Shown in pieces: positions 1-13,845 of a DNA stretch of 64,000 nt. Numbering within the stretch: the first letter of the stretch is position 1; every line of letters begins with the position of its first letter. The notes under the pieces were generated by a model. The model did no database searches and was not told the DNA's origin. It worked only from the letters and a program-made list of their open reading frames with translations. The stretch is from the NCBI GenBank assembly GCA_009103225.1, contig RHPI01003599.1, positions 419,859 to 483,858 of the forward strand, in the 5' to 3' direction. The position numbers and the translations under genes were made by a program. The DNA is from Chlorokybus atmophyticus. Taxonomy: Eukaryota; Plantae; Mesostigma and Chlorokybus algae.

Positions 1-2260
1 GATGAGGTGCAACAAGTGGCGGCTGTTTGGTCGGGCCTGCCGGCCTGCCTGCCGGCCGGCCGGCACATCATACACGTATCCCCACACGACGGGCCATCAC
101 TGGCCCATCCCACATAGCCACCCGCGACTGGCGGGCTGCGCGGCTGCATGCGTCCCGCCAGCCGCTCATTGGCTGGGCGGCGACTACCAATTTCAAGCCG
201 TTAGATCCACATATTTTACATCTCGGCCGTCCAGAGCATATCCCAACATCACAATATTGCTCAGATTTGCTTATAAAACACAATACGAATACAAACGGTG
301 TGCACATGAACGCTTATGGCGATAAATTATGCATACCGGATTTACCCGTTCAAAGTGCCCCCCTTCCAACACAGTGCCCCCCCAAAATTTATGGGGGTAA
401 TTGTATTCGGGGGGGCTCTCTTCGAAAGAGGGCGTTGTACAGGATGCTGATTGAGCGTAATGGACGATCTCTAACGTAACCTAATGGTCAAAAATGGTGC
501 AATATGGTGCAATATGGCTAGCAACCTGCAGTTAAGTGTTACAAAACTTAGTATTTAACGTAACGTATACGCGACGGTACGTGCTAAGATCTTTAGTAAG
601 TAATGCCAAGGTTACAACTATTCAAATAATGCTACCCTAAATTACCTTTACGCTAAGATTCGACTTAACAAAACATCGCATCGGTAGGCCACCATTTGGT
701 CACGCATGAATTTGATCAAACGAGATCGCAACGGTGACAACAGCCGTCGCTGAAAAAGGCAGAGAATTGGCCAATCATTGCAGAGATGCATAACAGATGC
801 TGAAAACTATGAAACTATCGGCGGCACCTGCTTGCCAACGGCGACTCAAAATCGCTGACGATTCGGTGCAATTGCAGCACTATTAGTGATTAAAACGGCC
901 GCTTTTTTGGCGGTACGAGGTCGGGGCAGGCCCCATACTAAAAAGACATGCCGCCACTACTCACCCTCGTTCTCACTGATCCACTCTACCATTCAACGCT
1001 AATTGATTACACGCTGTAGTTACTGCGTCATTAAACATGGTCAACAGCCGAATGAGGTGCAATGAGGTGCAGTGCACGTACCAGATCAGCCCAAATGCGA
1101 GCTGCATAATAATCGCAACGTTTGCGTATTCATGTCATATTAACATCAGGTGTTACTGCCATAAGACTCATGTCGCAATTAGGATTTGGGCTTATTGATG
1201 CATGAGGAGTTGTAATGTGCCACACATGGCATAATAGGTGGAGGTATGTGCAACGGCGCATCAATACCATCTGTTTATCAACATGCAAGGCATTACAAAA
1301 TCAGCTTGCTATACATCTGCATTACAAATCAAGCACCATGCATGGTGTATGGTTGCGAATAGTGTCGGCCTACTCATACAAATGATCTTGAGATGAAGGT
1401 GTAGGCAATGTAGAGTATGTGTGCTCAACCTAGTATCTTAATATTGCTACCACTCAACACTAAAACGTATACACTATGTGCTGACAGTGATCACGAACAA
1501 CAACACTCACTTGAGCAAAGGGATGACACTGTAAGTCAACAAGCCACTACTAGTGGTAGTAATGTGACGCGGTTCCTGGCAAAAGTGGATAATGTACTAC
1601 ATTAATAATGTATGATACATTGTTAGGTGAGGTGAATGAGCACGCAACTCGTGGATGCCATGCTCTGGCTGAGGTACACAAGCACACAATTTGCAAGCAA
1701 TCACCACCAAACTGATAGCAAGTAATGTGCACAAGAGTATGCACAGTTTCACACGGTGAGGGGATGCTCGACAATCGGAGCGGCATGTTTCGGTTCAAGC
1801 AACTTCAGAAGCTCTCGGTTCGCGCTCTTACTCACAATGTCACCAGCAAATCCATTGAACCTTGTGACTACTTATACAAGTCAAATTACGACTTTGAAAT
1901 ATAAGTTAATGGTTATATCGAGTCTATCTGTAAAACCCCCCTAACTTGATATAGCAAATAACTGACAGCTAAAGCCATAACTGATAAACTACGCGCGGTA
2001 CCTATGCAGCTAGTGTCACGAGCTAGCTATCGGTTGGTCGCGCGCGGGCCTGACGCTACTAGTGCAGGCGTGGGACCGACTGCAGGCATAACCGAGGAGA
2101 ACATGTCTTGAATGGTGAATGGCATGTCAAGCATTGGAAGGTGAATTACAATGGCGTTTGTGTGTAATGGCATTATGAGAGTGACCCCTCCCTTTCAATA
2201 CACCTTTTCCTTTTGTGCTAAGGCCTGCCGTTATATCAAACAATTTGCGTTTCACAAGTA

Positions 2261-2667
2261 CCGTATTTCGTCGAATCCCCCCCCCCCCCATTATGCAGGG
2301 GGGCTTTGATTGTCATACCCCCCCCCACCCCCCCACCCACCCTAATACACCCCCCGGGGTGGGTGGGGTGTGAATGCACATCAAATAAGTTGTTCAAGGC
2401 ATGAATAGGGTATGAATACGGCGACAATGATCGTGGCATTGCCACGGCCGCCACCAATGTCGCCGCCGCCCCCTCCGCCGCCTGTTTCCGTCGTATTTCG
2501 CGCCTACCGCGCGAAATACGACGCGCGGTTACGCTACGTCACGTATCTGACGCGACGCTGCGTAACGCCGCGCAGAAAAACTACCCCCCCAGTCTAATAA
2601 GTCCCCCCCTAAAATATATAGGGGGGGGCTTTGTTTGTAAGGGGGGGTTGTATTCGCACAAGTACGG
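2261..2667. mobile_element. Putative non-autonomous pogo/Tc1-mariner-like element (MITE)
   Basis: Flanked by TA on both sides (2259-60, 2668-69). Imperfect terminal inverted repeats: left CCGTATTTCGTCGAATCCCC, right end reverse-complemented CCGTACTTGTGCGAATACAACCCC. Subterminal poly-C/poly-G blocks. No transposase ORF. Confidence 0.4.
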
Positions 2668-2950
2668 TACACGCGTGCGCATGCCATGCATAATGCACAT
2701 GCACACACACTCTCACACAAACGCGAATGCTCGTAATGCATGTGGTAAGCTTCAAGAGGCTCGCACGCGCGCATAAGCGCACTATGGCGCACTGTGACAC
2801 AAATGCGCATTCATGCACGCGGTCCCTTGCGCGTCCCTGCTCGCGCCCCCCCCCCCCCCCTCNCTCGTATTTGCTATATGTAACGTCCTGTAGATTCGCT
2901 GCAAATTTGCAAGGCTTGCATTTTCAATAGCATTCAATATAACTCGGCTC

Positions 2951-2975
2951 AGCTAACATCCAATGGATGTTAGCT
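2951..2975. repeat. Perfect palindrome, 12-bp arms, 1-nt loop
   Basis: AGCTAACATCCA-A-TGGATGTTAGCT read directly. Confidence 0.9.
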
Positions 2976-4857
2976 AACTCAGATTATGTGTAAGTTGATT
3001 TTATTACACACATCCCCAGACTCCTTCAATAACTGCATGCTGTGCCAAATGAAGGCGGCCGTCGTAATTGCATATGTAGTACTTGCAACAAACATGACAA
3101 CGGATGTCACATCCCACTCGGGGTGGAATATGCTAACGAAAGCATATACAATGAATTATAGCGTGCAAACAACATGCTATACTAAGGAGCCGCTCTCTAC
3201 CATAGCATCCATTGCCAATTCAGTCAATAAAGTATTCACATTGTATTGCACGTGAATATTTACATCAAAACTTATATAGTAACAATGTCAGCTTTAGAGA
3301 CAGAACAATCATCGACTTGGCCAAATGTGCTATCATCACCAATCATCATGATGACGGTTGTCGTGAGAGTTGGTGTGATTGAAATGACGGATTCTCGAGC
3401 GAATTCATGCATGCGCAATGATATGTATATGTAAAATATCATCAATCTTTGCACGCATTAAATACATACAAGTCGGAATCTGAGAATGATAACTTCGATG
3501 ATAACATTAAGCATAAGAGGTTGCCATTGCGCATGGTTGTAATTTTGTATACATAATCGGCACAATAAATAAAATGTAGGCGTTGTGTGATGTGACGTTG
3601 AATTGGCTAAATGTAAGAGAGAGGTAAACTGTATTCATCCATGATCAGTGCTTGTGGTCATGCATTCACGATGATGATATATGATGAGACCAATCGCGGA
3701 CAGCGTTCTCATTTGTTATTAATATCTTTTTATTACAGCAAACTTATAATTGTTGAAATGCAATTGCATGTAGTTAGCATCTGCATGTAATTGCTGGATG
3801 TGTGCAATATAATTGCACTGTACATCAGGTTTGCGTAAACAATACAGCATGACTATGAGCCCCTTGTTGCTGGCCCCATGCCGTTGTCAATATTGACCTT
3901 GTCAGATTATGCAACTATTGGTATACTACTCATGTCACACAAATCTCAATGCTTGCAAGATGTTTTGATTGCTAGCAAAAAATCTCAAATCAGTACATGG
4001 CAGCATACGTTCATGCATGACTATGACTTGCGCATGATAGATGACCAGTGAAGGCCCTTGTGTCGTGCTGACCCTGCACACACATCTTCACCTAGTTTGC
4101 AATTGTCACAACGATTCACATACCACCTCCTACTGCCCCTTCTTCTGCCACCCTTTACAGGCAACATGCAGAACTGGAAGTACAAACACATACCTTGATG
4201 TTGTGCATATGCGATGCGGCATTGATTCATGGAGCCGGCGCGGGTGTTTGCGACATACACCATAATGCATCCGTCAATGCTGCTATGCACCTTCCCATTA
4301 CCAGCCTTATGTTGTGCTGCAATTCTGTCATCCTGTAGACATTGTCGGACACAATCGACTCCACCTCAACCAAAGGCCACATGGTTCCGCAATACCGCAA
4401 TAGACTTGCGACAGCTGCGTTGTCATTAAGCAAACCGGAGAAGTCACAGTTGTCGCACTGTGTCACACTTCATAAGATCCAGATCACCCAACAAACTTAT
4501 TGCAAACAGTAAGCTTGCTTTCGGCAATAGCAATGAGGTCTTGCAACCAGCCGCGACAACCAGCGCAACTCTTGGGCACACAGCAATGACCAGTACGCAC
4601 TAACGAATGACTTTATTTGTGGCAACATGCTACAAGATGCTACAATGAAAATTGATTACAATGGGAATTGCTTGTAACATAACTCACCGACAGGCCGATC
4701 ATGGACAGCTCAAGATCTGACACTGTGTGAATACTGTGGCACAATTCCAGCCTCATGGACTCCAATGATTCGTCCCGCATTGTTGAGGAGGTGAGCACCA
4801 TGACAAAATGTGCAAACAAGGCAGCAACTAACGACAAAGGTACACGAGTATGCTCAC

Positions 4858-5112
4858 CTTTGTCTTTAAGCTGTGCTTGGTCCCCAGCAGCAACGCCTCC
4901 CTCTGTTGCAGCTCCTGGCGTCGCAGCAAAATGTTCTGTCGTTGCAGTGCTGCACCTTCTTGTCGCAGCTGCCTCTTCCCATTGCAGCGCTACCAGCTGC
5001 GACAAGATGTGATGATGCTCTCCATCGGCATCATTCGCAGACACGCCCTGGAGCTGCCTAATGGAGCTTCGCCAAGTTAACACTGCTGCACTGCCTTCTC
5101 CACTGCCGCCAT
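4858..5112 (-). pseudogene. Frameshifted coiled-coil first exon, paralog of the 10.7-11.1 kb gene
   Basis: MAAV...IRQLQG...ILSQLVALQWEEAA, then after a frame change EGAALQRQNILLRRQELQQREALLL...KTK|GTGAGC. It resembles KRQLES...TLSQLETLRESEVAL...EAALQAEKVVLL...FEK|GTGAGC at 10782-11075, with the same donor context and a shared upstream 18-mer. Confidence 0.45.
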
Positions 5113-6827
5113 GGTGTCAACAAAGTACACCGCGCATGGCATCCTCACAAGCAACACCATCATGGTATGGCTTACTACCCCAGCAAATGACGAGTTGACA
5201 GGTAGTTGGAAGACCATAGGTATGAGTATGCGCCCATGCAAGCAAACATTTCCATCAATGAATCACCTACGAAACTGGCCAGCAACCTGCTCAGGAACCC
5301 ACGCTATGCTACTCTGTTTGAGCCACACCCACCCTTAAGTCGTGTGTAACCTCGGTCGAGCTCAATGCATACAAACTGTTGCACCGTCAAAGCCACCTGG
5401 GCGTGCAATGCAGAAACGGTCAACAAAGAGCACCCTACACGGTATACAAGGCAGAGAAGCACCCATCACTGATTGCCAACATGCATTTGCATACATGCAC
5501 CGCATCCGCCTGTGCATGTATGCAAACACAAGTGTATCTTCCTGTGCACAGCCGCACAACTTGCCACAGGCATAGGGCATGAGAGAGGCCGGGGAGGCAG
5601 ACAGATCAACATGATGCAGTAGTACAAGAGCATGCATGTGGCTTGCATGCACACCCAGAGCAGCAGCTGGCTGAAGTTGAAGGCAGTGGCACTCACTGGC
5701 GACAGAGCTTACTACACACTTTATAGGCATGCCATAAAGAGAGAACCACACCTCCTCCTTGTTTGCGCACTTGTGTTTGAAAGCGAAACGCTTGCCTTCC
5801 GAGCTGGTAAAGAACCTTTAGATGTATAGAAACCCTGGCTCCATACAGGAGCAGACGCCTGCAAGCAATAGCAGCGAAGCGGGTGATCTCACCAGTCAAA
5901 AAGGGGCAAAGGAAGCAAACCCAACCCATCGCAAGACCTCATGACGAATGCCCGACGACCCCCTGCTGTTGCCGAGCACGCTACGTGCAAGAATGACATA
6001 CCGTTGTTATGGAGCTGCAATAAGCCTTGCGTTTCACAAAAGTTCCCAAGTTGTGGTTGCGCCAATGTCCTTGTGCATGCCGGTGTAACAGAAGGAATCT
6101 ATCGGTACTGCAACCAGGGGCATGAAAGCGCGCATGCACGCGTGGTTCACGTCTCAATATGCGGAACAGTGTGCGTGTTGGGGTGGGGATGGGATGCATG
6201 GGGCGGTGCTGGGGTGGGTGCATGTGGGCACGGGTTGAGAATACTCTCTCTCTTTCTCTCTGGAGCCGGAACTGCACAGGCTGAGCTGTGCTCGCTGCGG
6301 TTGCTAGGCTAATCTGGTAGACTGGCACCAGTACCAGTAATTACAGCGACCATGACGACAAAGATTCGTTCGACCAACCAGCCGTCCATCGCCTCAACCA
6401 TGTCTGTCATCCACTGAGGAATTGCCTGGGCTGCCACAACGTCTCCTCGTCCGTCAACCCACTCGCACGCCACCCGCTGAGTCATCCATCTCAGTATACA
6501 ACCCGCCAAGACGTGCAAGTTGCGGTGCAACCAACACCCTCCTCCTCCTCCTCGGTTGTTGTCTTTCTTCCAACCTTTCCCTAACCACCTTTTGCATGCA
6601 CGGTAGCGGAGCTGGCGGCGGGGGAGGGAGAGGGGCAGGGGAAGAGGGAGGCTGTCGCGCACGCCGTTTGGGCTACATCCCCCAGGCGTAGATCAAGGCA
6701 GGCAGGATGGATGGGTGGGTGCTCACGTCGGGTGTGCATCAAGCAAAAGTCTATCGTCTTTACCACATGCCCGAGAGCAGTGCCAGTACCACAGAAGTTG
6801 ATGTGTGTGTGTGTGTGGTGGTGGTGG

Positions 6828-7484
6828 NNNNNNNNNNNNNNNNNNNNNNNNNNNNNNNNNNNNNNNNNNNNNNNNNNNNNNNNNNNNNNNNNNNNNNNNN
6901 NNNNNNNNNNNNNNNNNNNNNNNNNNNNNNNNNNNNNNNNNNNNNNNNNNNNNNNNNNNNNNNNNNNNNNNNNNNNNNNNNNNNNNNNNNNNNNNNNNNN
7001 NNNNNNNNNNNNNNNNNNNNNNNNNNNNNNNNNNNNNNNNNNNNNNNNNNNNNNNNNNNNNNNNNNNNNNNNNNNNNNNNNNNNNNNNNNNNNNNNNNNN
7101 NNNNNNNNNNNNNNNNNNNNNNNNNNNNNNNNNNNNNNNNNNNNNNNNNNNNNNNNNNNNNNNNNNNNNNNNNNNNNNNNNNNNNNNNNNNNNNNNNNNN
7201 NNNNNNNNNNNNNNNNNNNNNNNNNNNNNNNNNNNNNNNNNNNNNNNNNNNNNNNNNNNNNNNNNNNNNNNNNNNNNNNNNNNNNNNNNNNNNNNNNNNN
7301 NNNNNNNNNNNNNNNNNNNNNNNNNNNNNNNNNNNNNNNNNNNNNNNNNNNNNNNNNNNNNNNNNNNNNNNNNNNNNNNNNNNNNNNNNNNNNNNNNNNN
7401 NNNNNNNNNNNNNNNNNNNNNNNNNNNNNNNNNNNNNNNNNNNNNNNNNNNNNNNNNNNNNNNNNNNNNNNNNNNNNNNNNNNN
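6828..7484. other. Assembly gap (657 N)
   Basis: N run next to (GT)n/(GGT)n simple repeats. Confidence 1.
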
Positions 7485-7649
7485 CATGTGTGCACCGTGC
7501 TGATGCACATAGTGTCTAGGCTGACACATAGCGTTCAAGCCATGATTTGATAAGTATCTCAAGCTCATGGTAGTTAGCTAACTGCAAGCTGTGGTTTACA
7601 AAACTTGTACAGGCTGCATATAGCATTCATGCCACGGGTAATCTTAAGC

Positions 7650-7707
7650 AGCACGCCACAGCTGGCAATAAGCTGATTGATCAGCTTATTGCCAGCTGTG
7701 GCGTGCT
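7650..7707. repeat. Perfect inverted repeat, 28-bp arms, 2-nt loop
   Basis: AGCACGCCACAGCTGGCAATAAGCTGAT-TG-ATCAGCTTATTGCCAGCTGTGGCGTGCT. Confidence 0.95.
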
Positions 7708-8486
7708 CCTTACTGCAGTGCTTCCGGTTGACCCGCATTGCATTGGTTGGTCACATCTGACTATTGCTATCTTTGCCAGCCGTAGTTTGACACACAGCAT
7801 GCAGTTCTGGTTGTTTCCACAACATGAGTTCATTCTGCTTGAACTTCTTGTCTGCCAATGACTTGTCTGCTAGCATTGAATTCTGCGCATTGTCACATGT
7901 TGCGAGATGCAAGCTCGGTTGCCAACATCAACCTGACCTACATACCGCATGGTATGCCTGCTGTGCGGTTGAGTTGACAGGACCATGGGCCTGTTACTGG
8001 CTTCCTTCCCTTCCCTTGATACCTACCCAACATCGCTGCACGTGCACATGCGCGTGCAAGTTGGCACTAACCACTTGTGGCAAGAGTATTTTTGGTGACA
8101 TGCATCTAAGCTCTAGAGCTCAGCATCTCATTGCATGCTGAAGACCGCTGCTGCCTGTTAGGCTTCACTGTTCATTGCATGGTGGTCAAGTGGTGCAACA
8201 TGAGCAGAGTGTTGTCAAGTGCTGAGTGTACAACCTTACTACACTTGAGACTTGCTACACCAGCATTACCTGGTGTAGCAAGTGTATGTGTATTGCAAGC
8301 GTACATGCTTTGGCAAGCTTGGTTTCATAAGTATAGTGATTTGACTGTTGTCATGTTCCACAAGGAAGCATAGTCTGGTCGTAAAAATTGTCATGCATGT
8401 ACAAGCCAACACTTGGCATCATGCCAATCCCTATTCTCCATGACTTGACAACCAGAGTGACCAACAGACAAGATTTTGCTGCGCAG

Positions 8487-9932
8487 CTTGGACGTGGAAT
8501 TCCTTAGGCTGCATCCGTTTATGATTTTGCATGGCGTCGCAGTGTGGGCGGTGGACCTCCTCGGCTGGGGCTTTAATGCCATGGATGCGACAACGGGAGT
8601 TAGGGACTGGGGCCCTGTGGCAAAGCACGAGCTGCTGTGTGAGGTGTGTACTTGTCGAGACCAATGCAGTTGTTGTTATTGTTGTTGTCGTCGTCGTCAT
8701 CTGCATGTGCTCTCTTCGCATGCAACTGTCCTCAACAGTTGTGCCATGCATAAAGTACAAGTAGCCCACCAACTACTTGTACTTTGCTTTGCGAATGGAC
8801 TTGCTTTCACGCGCTCTCAACATTGACATAACTTTGTGTGCTTGCGTGCGACAACCGTTTTAGAGATCAACCATTGGCAAGCCTGCGGTGCTAGCTGGGG
8901 CTAGTTTGGGAGACGCTGCTGCCATTGAGTTCACCGTCAACCACCCATGTGGTAAGTCATGTCTCGCTTTGCTTATGAGGGTTGCCATGGTGGTCATCCT
9001 GTTTGGACTTCTGTCCGCAAGCCACGCAGGCAGGTCACAAACTGATGCTTATGGATGCCCAGGGCTTTAGTGATGGCGTTGGCAATAACAGAAAAGCCTG
9101 CCAAGCCCTGTGACAACAGCAGGATTGTGCACAAGACACCAGCACTGATTGTTTACTGCTTGACAGATTGACATGCACTATCCAGTTTTGCGTGCAGATC
9201 GATGTGTTGCAAAGCTGGCCGTTGAGGCCTTGGCAAACAGGTTGGCTGATTATAATCAGATGTTGGCTACCACCGATGCCAATCAGGTACACTTTAGCAG
9301 TCCTTTCATCTACGCAGTTGCGCTGATGTGCTCATCTCGCGCCTGTAGGCTGGGAGGTTGCACACGCATCTGCCAGGATGGCGTGCCAACATTGAGTTCA
9401 TGCGCAGCAGAGGCTACAGGGTCACATGCTCTTCAAACCATGGTATGCAGCAATCTCAAAAGTGTTTGCTCTCTGCAAGTTTGACATGCTGGTTAATCCT
9501 GTCAACTTAGCGTAACAATGCAGCCTACCAGTTTCCGCTATGTGCATTGGGACATTGTGTGTGTGTTGCACGGTAGGTGACGCATGGTGGACTGGTACTG
9601 CTTGTGGCGTGAGAACGATGGTATACTCAAGCCGGAATATGCTCCAATGAGTCTGCTCAGCAAACTGCAATGCTTTTGTCACTTCAGTCATGTTATGCGC
9701 TGCAGCATTTAAGCACTGTCATGCAACTAAAATCTCAACACACCCATGATTAGGACGTGATGCAAATAGTGTAGTGCATGCTCATCTGAAGTCTTTGTCT
9801 GCGCAGCTGTTGGTGCACATTCTTCCAGTTTCAAGGTTGTGATATTGCGCAAATGCGGGCATGTCACTCCCTCACCTGACACAACCGGTGGTAGCCGTAA
9901 ATGAGATACCCAGTTTTGCTCGACGGCAGTAA
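8487..9932 (+). pseudogene. Decayed alpha/beta-hydrolase (GxSxG) gene
   Basis: Exon remnants in the correct order: AVWAVDLLGWGF (8540s); IGKPAVLAGASLGDAAAIEFTVNHP (8870-8945); GRLHTHLPGW...EFMRSRGY (9350-9420); VLLV/WxENDGILKPEYA with a frameshift (~9600); KCGHV/PHLTQP with a frameshift (~9860). The 5' end is unresolved and may lie near the gap. Confidence 0.7.
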
Positions 9933-10659
9933 ACATTTGCATGTGCTTGCAGTGCGAGTCATGCTGCTTTGCAGATGCAGGACATGTAACAAAAGTATTA
10001 GTAAGCATTCATTGGTTTTGTGGGCGAGACTCTTTGAGCTTGTCAGAAACTGCCGTAGTGACACCGCTTTGAGCCTATGCTAGATGCTACTAACCAAGTA
10101 AACTCGCTGTTGGCACTCCAGTCGTCAACAAGATTCTGTGCTGGTCGCAGCAGCATTGCTTGCAGGTGAGTGTAGCTCTGCGTGGTTCTGACCTGCACTC
10201 CACAACTGTCACTTGGGTGTGCACCTTGTCCGACACATGCATCTTGAAAACTTGAGAGATGTTTGACCAGGTAATTGCGCGAACTTCTGAGCATAGTTTA
10301 GGGCTGACTAGAATGCAACAGTGTGTTGCTTGCCATCATGTTTCGCAACGACACACTAACTTATCTACCACATTGAAAATATAAGACAAAATAGAGGAGC
10401 CCACAATACAAGCAAACATGACACAATGCTATACAAGGGACAAGGAAACAAAAACCTACCAGACAACACATATGTAGCATACTGTCTTTGTAAACAAACC
10501 CTCACCACCTAAGCTCAACTCAGCTATGCTATGCTAGGCGCTGCACATGTGCGATGAGTTTATACGCAATTGCCAGACATGCCCGCCAAATAGGACAGCG
10601 GTAGACCAGTGGCAGGCTATATATATACCTGCAGGGGAAGCGCATCGCGGCACGACCAA

Positions 10660-11075
10660 TCAACACAACCCCAAGCTCGGAACTTCCGTATTGATGACCT
10701 ATAATGTAAAGGAGATAAGCATCATGATATCCACAAAATGTTGAGGAGACATCAAATAACCAAGATGCCCAAGGTGCTCACCTTTTCGAAGCTTGCCCCG
10801 CGCTGCTTCGCTTTTAATCGTAGCAGCTCTAATTCGAGCAGCACTACCTTCTCAGCTTGCAGTGCTGCCTCTGTTTCTCTCAAAGCGACCTCTGATTCTC
10901 TCAGCGTCTCTAGCTGCGATAACGTGAAACTTCTGTCAGGATGAAGGGCAGGCTCGCTCTCAAGCTGCCTCTTCAGCTTCTCAATTGTACTCATATATGC
11001 CTCCAGTTCCTTGTCCACCGCCTCCATGTTGGAGACAATGTCGGCGATGGCAGCCTGAATGGTAGAGGCCGCCAT
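10660..11075 (-). CDS. Short coiled-coil protein of unknown function (exon 1 is 10782-11075; 3' structure uncertain)
   Basis: 98 open codons MAASTIQAAIADIVSNMEAVDKELEAYMSTIEKLKRQLES...LRETEAALQAEKVVLLELELLRLKAKQRGASFEK, with heptad character and ending at a canonical AG|GTGAG donor. A possible exon 2 lies at 10698-10660. Confidence 0.5.
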
Positions 11076-11535
11076 CCAGCCTGCGCGTGTGAAGCAGCAG
11101 CAGCAATAAGCACTCGGAACGCCTGCATGCTCTGTACGATAACGCAAACTATAGTGCACAGCATCATCGCATGCAACCAGCATCGGGCTTTCTACCCCAT
11201 GAAACGCTGGTAGGTGAAAGGTGAGTGGAAGGCGTGGGGATGAGCAAGCGCGCGCATATAAGCATAGACCTCTCATTGCCAATCAAAACCGAAAGAATTG
11301 GCCAGCAACTTGCTCAAAGACCATACTCCGCGTTCAGTCGCACATACCTTCCAGGCGTGTAAACACAGAAACCAAACAAAACTCCGACACTCCTCGCACG
11401 CCGGTCGGTGAGGCTGGCACGAGGAGAAGGGAGCGCTAAGCTTAGTTTGCTAGCATGTGGACTATTGGTTTTGCCGGAACTACTATTTCAGACGCCAATC
11501 GCCTCCACTCTGGCTAAGTGTGTCGCACTCGGTGA

Positions 11536-11604
11536 CTCGCACAGTATGAGTCATACTGTGCGAGGACAGCCGAGTGTCATACTGTATGACACTCGGCTGT
11601 CCTC
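11536..11604. repeat. Two overlapping perfect palindromes (14-bp and 21-bp arms, 1-nt loops)
   Basis: CTCGCACAGTATGA-G-TCATACTGTGCGAG (11536-11564) and GAGGACAGCCGAGTGTCATAC-T-GTATGACACTCGGCTGTCCTC (11562-11604). Confidence 0.95.
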
Positions 11605-11792
11605 AGACACGGTTGGTTACGGCCGGCAGAAACGGCTGCCGGAAGAGTGCAGTGATCAGTGCCGGACTTTGTCGCAGAGCAACTTGCCTGCAGCCACTTT
11701 AAATGGCTGCGTGCGAACAATGCAGGCAAGATTGCGTTTTCATCTAAGACCGGCGGCGTTTTAGGCCGCCCGCAGCGAATAAGTTGGTCCTT

Positions 11793-11801
11793 TTAGGGTT
11801 C
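11793..11801. promoter_or_regulatory. Telo-box-like motif upstream of RPS26
   Basis: TTAGGGTTC (8/9 match to TTAGGGTTT), about 75 bp before the ATG. Telo-boxes are established elements of plant ribosomal-protein promoters. Confidence 0.4.
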
Positions 11802-11872
11802 CTCGCCCACCACCGCCGCCGCCCCCTGCAGCCGCCGCGGCGTCGTCGCCGTCGCGGTTGCCGTCGTCAACC

Positions 11873-13052
<1,180 letters not shown>

Positions 13053-13845
13053 GGACTAATTGGGATTGCAAATTCTACGTATCAATCATCACTCTTGCGA
13101 ATGGCTGTCTGGAATGCATGCTCGGTGCGGTTATATTGCGCATTCTTGCTTGTTTGTTCTGCGTGCGTCAACTGCAACTTAGTTGCAACAATTATTCAGT
13201 TTTTGCTGTCTGGTCTATGTGGGCTTGTTTCATATTGCTGCAATTAGTGCAACCATGCAAGGAGGGAGTTACCTGAGCTGTCAGTGGGTTCACTGGTGCA
13301 GTTGTCTATGTATTTCCAATATTCGTTATGCTGCGTCCAGCCCAAGTATGAGGTATCATTGCTTGGAATGTTTGCTCGAGTCAACAAAATCAGATCATTC
13401 TTAGTCCACCAGGTCATTCTTGTAGCAGCTATTGAGTGGAGACCACCTTATTTATCTGCGCTCTCTTGTTTCAGTTTAAGCATCGCATGTGTTGCTTAGC
13501 GCGGCAAGGCTACCTACCGGAACCCAGTGGCAGTTTGATACAAGATTGATAGTAACAGGCTTCAAGTGTTGTGGCAGCACTGCAGTGGCCAATTGTTGTC
13601 AGACGGACTTGCCCATGACTGGAGGCTAACGGGTCTGCGATCATAGCGTAACATGTTTTTGCTGTCATGTACGAGCAGTGTACATGTGTGTTTGCAACCC
13701 ATGAACATCATCGTGACCACAACACGGGTTGCCAACATTGCAAAATCAATGCCCGCATGCGCAGCTCTGGGTGCACCACAACTCTTACCCGCTGCTTGGC
13801 ATATAAAAAGGCTGCTTCGCAGCAGGCCACACAGAGAAGCTATTA

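Noticed and set aside
480-2230. AT-richer region with short ORFs, possibly transposon debris
   Set aside because: No recognisable transposase, reverse transcriptase or terminal structure could be supported from the sequence alone.
6581-7568. Long ORFs of 230-310 aa
   Set aside because: They consist mostly of X residues across an N gap. The same applies to 14884-15346.
9422-9691. Minus-strand ORF containing ETGRLHCY, superficially like a hydrolase motif
   Set aside because: The matching exon (GRLHTHLPGW) is on the plus strand, in order with the other exons. The antisense match is coincidental.
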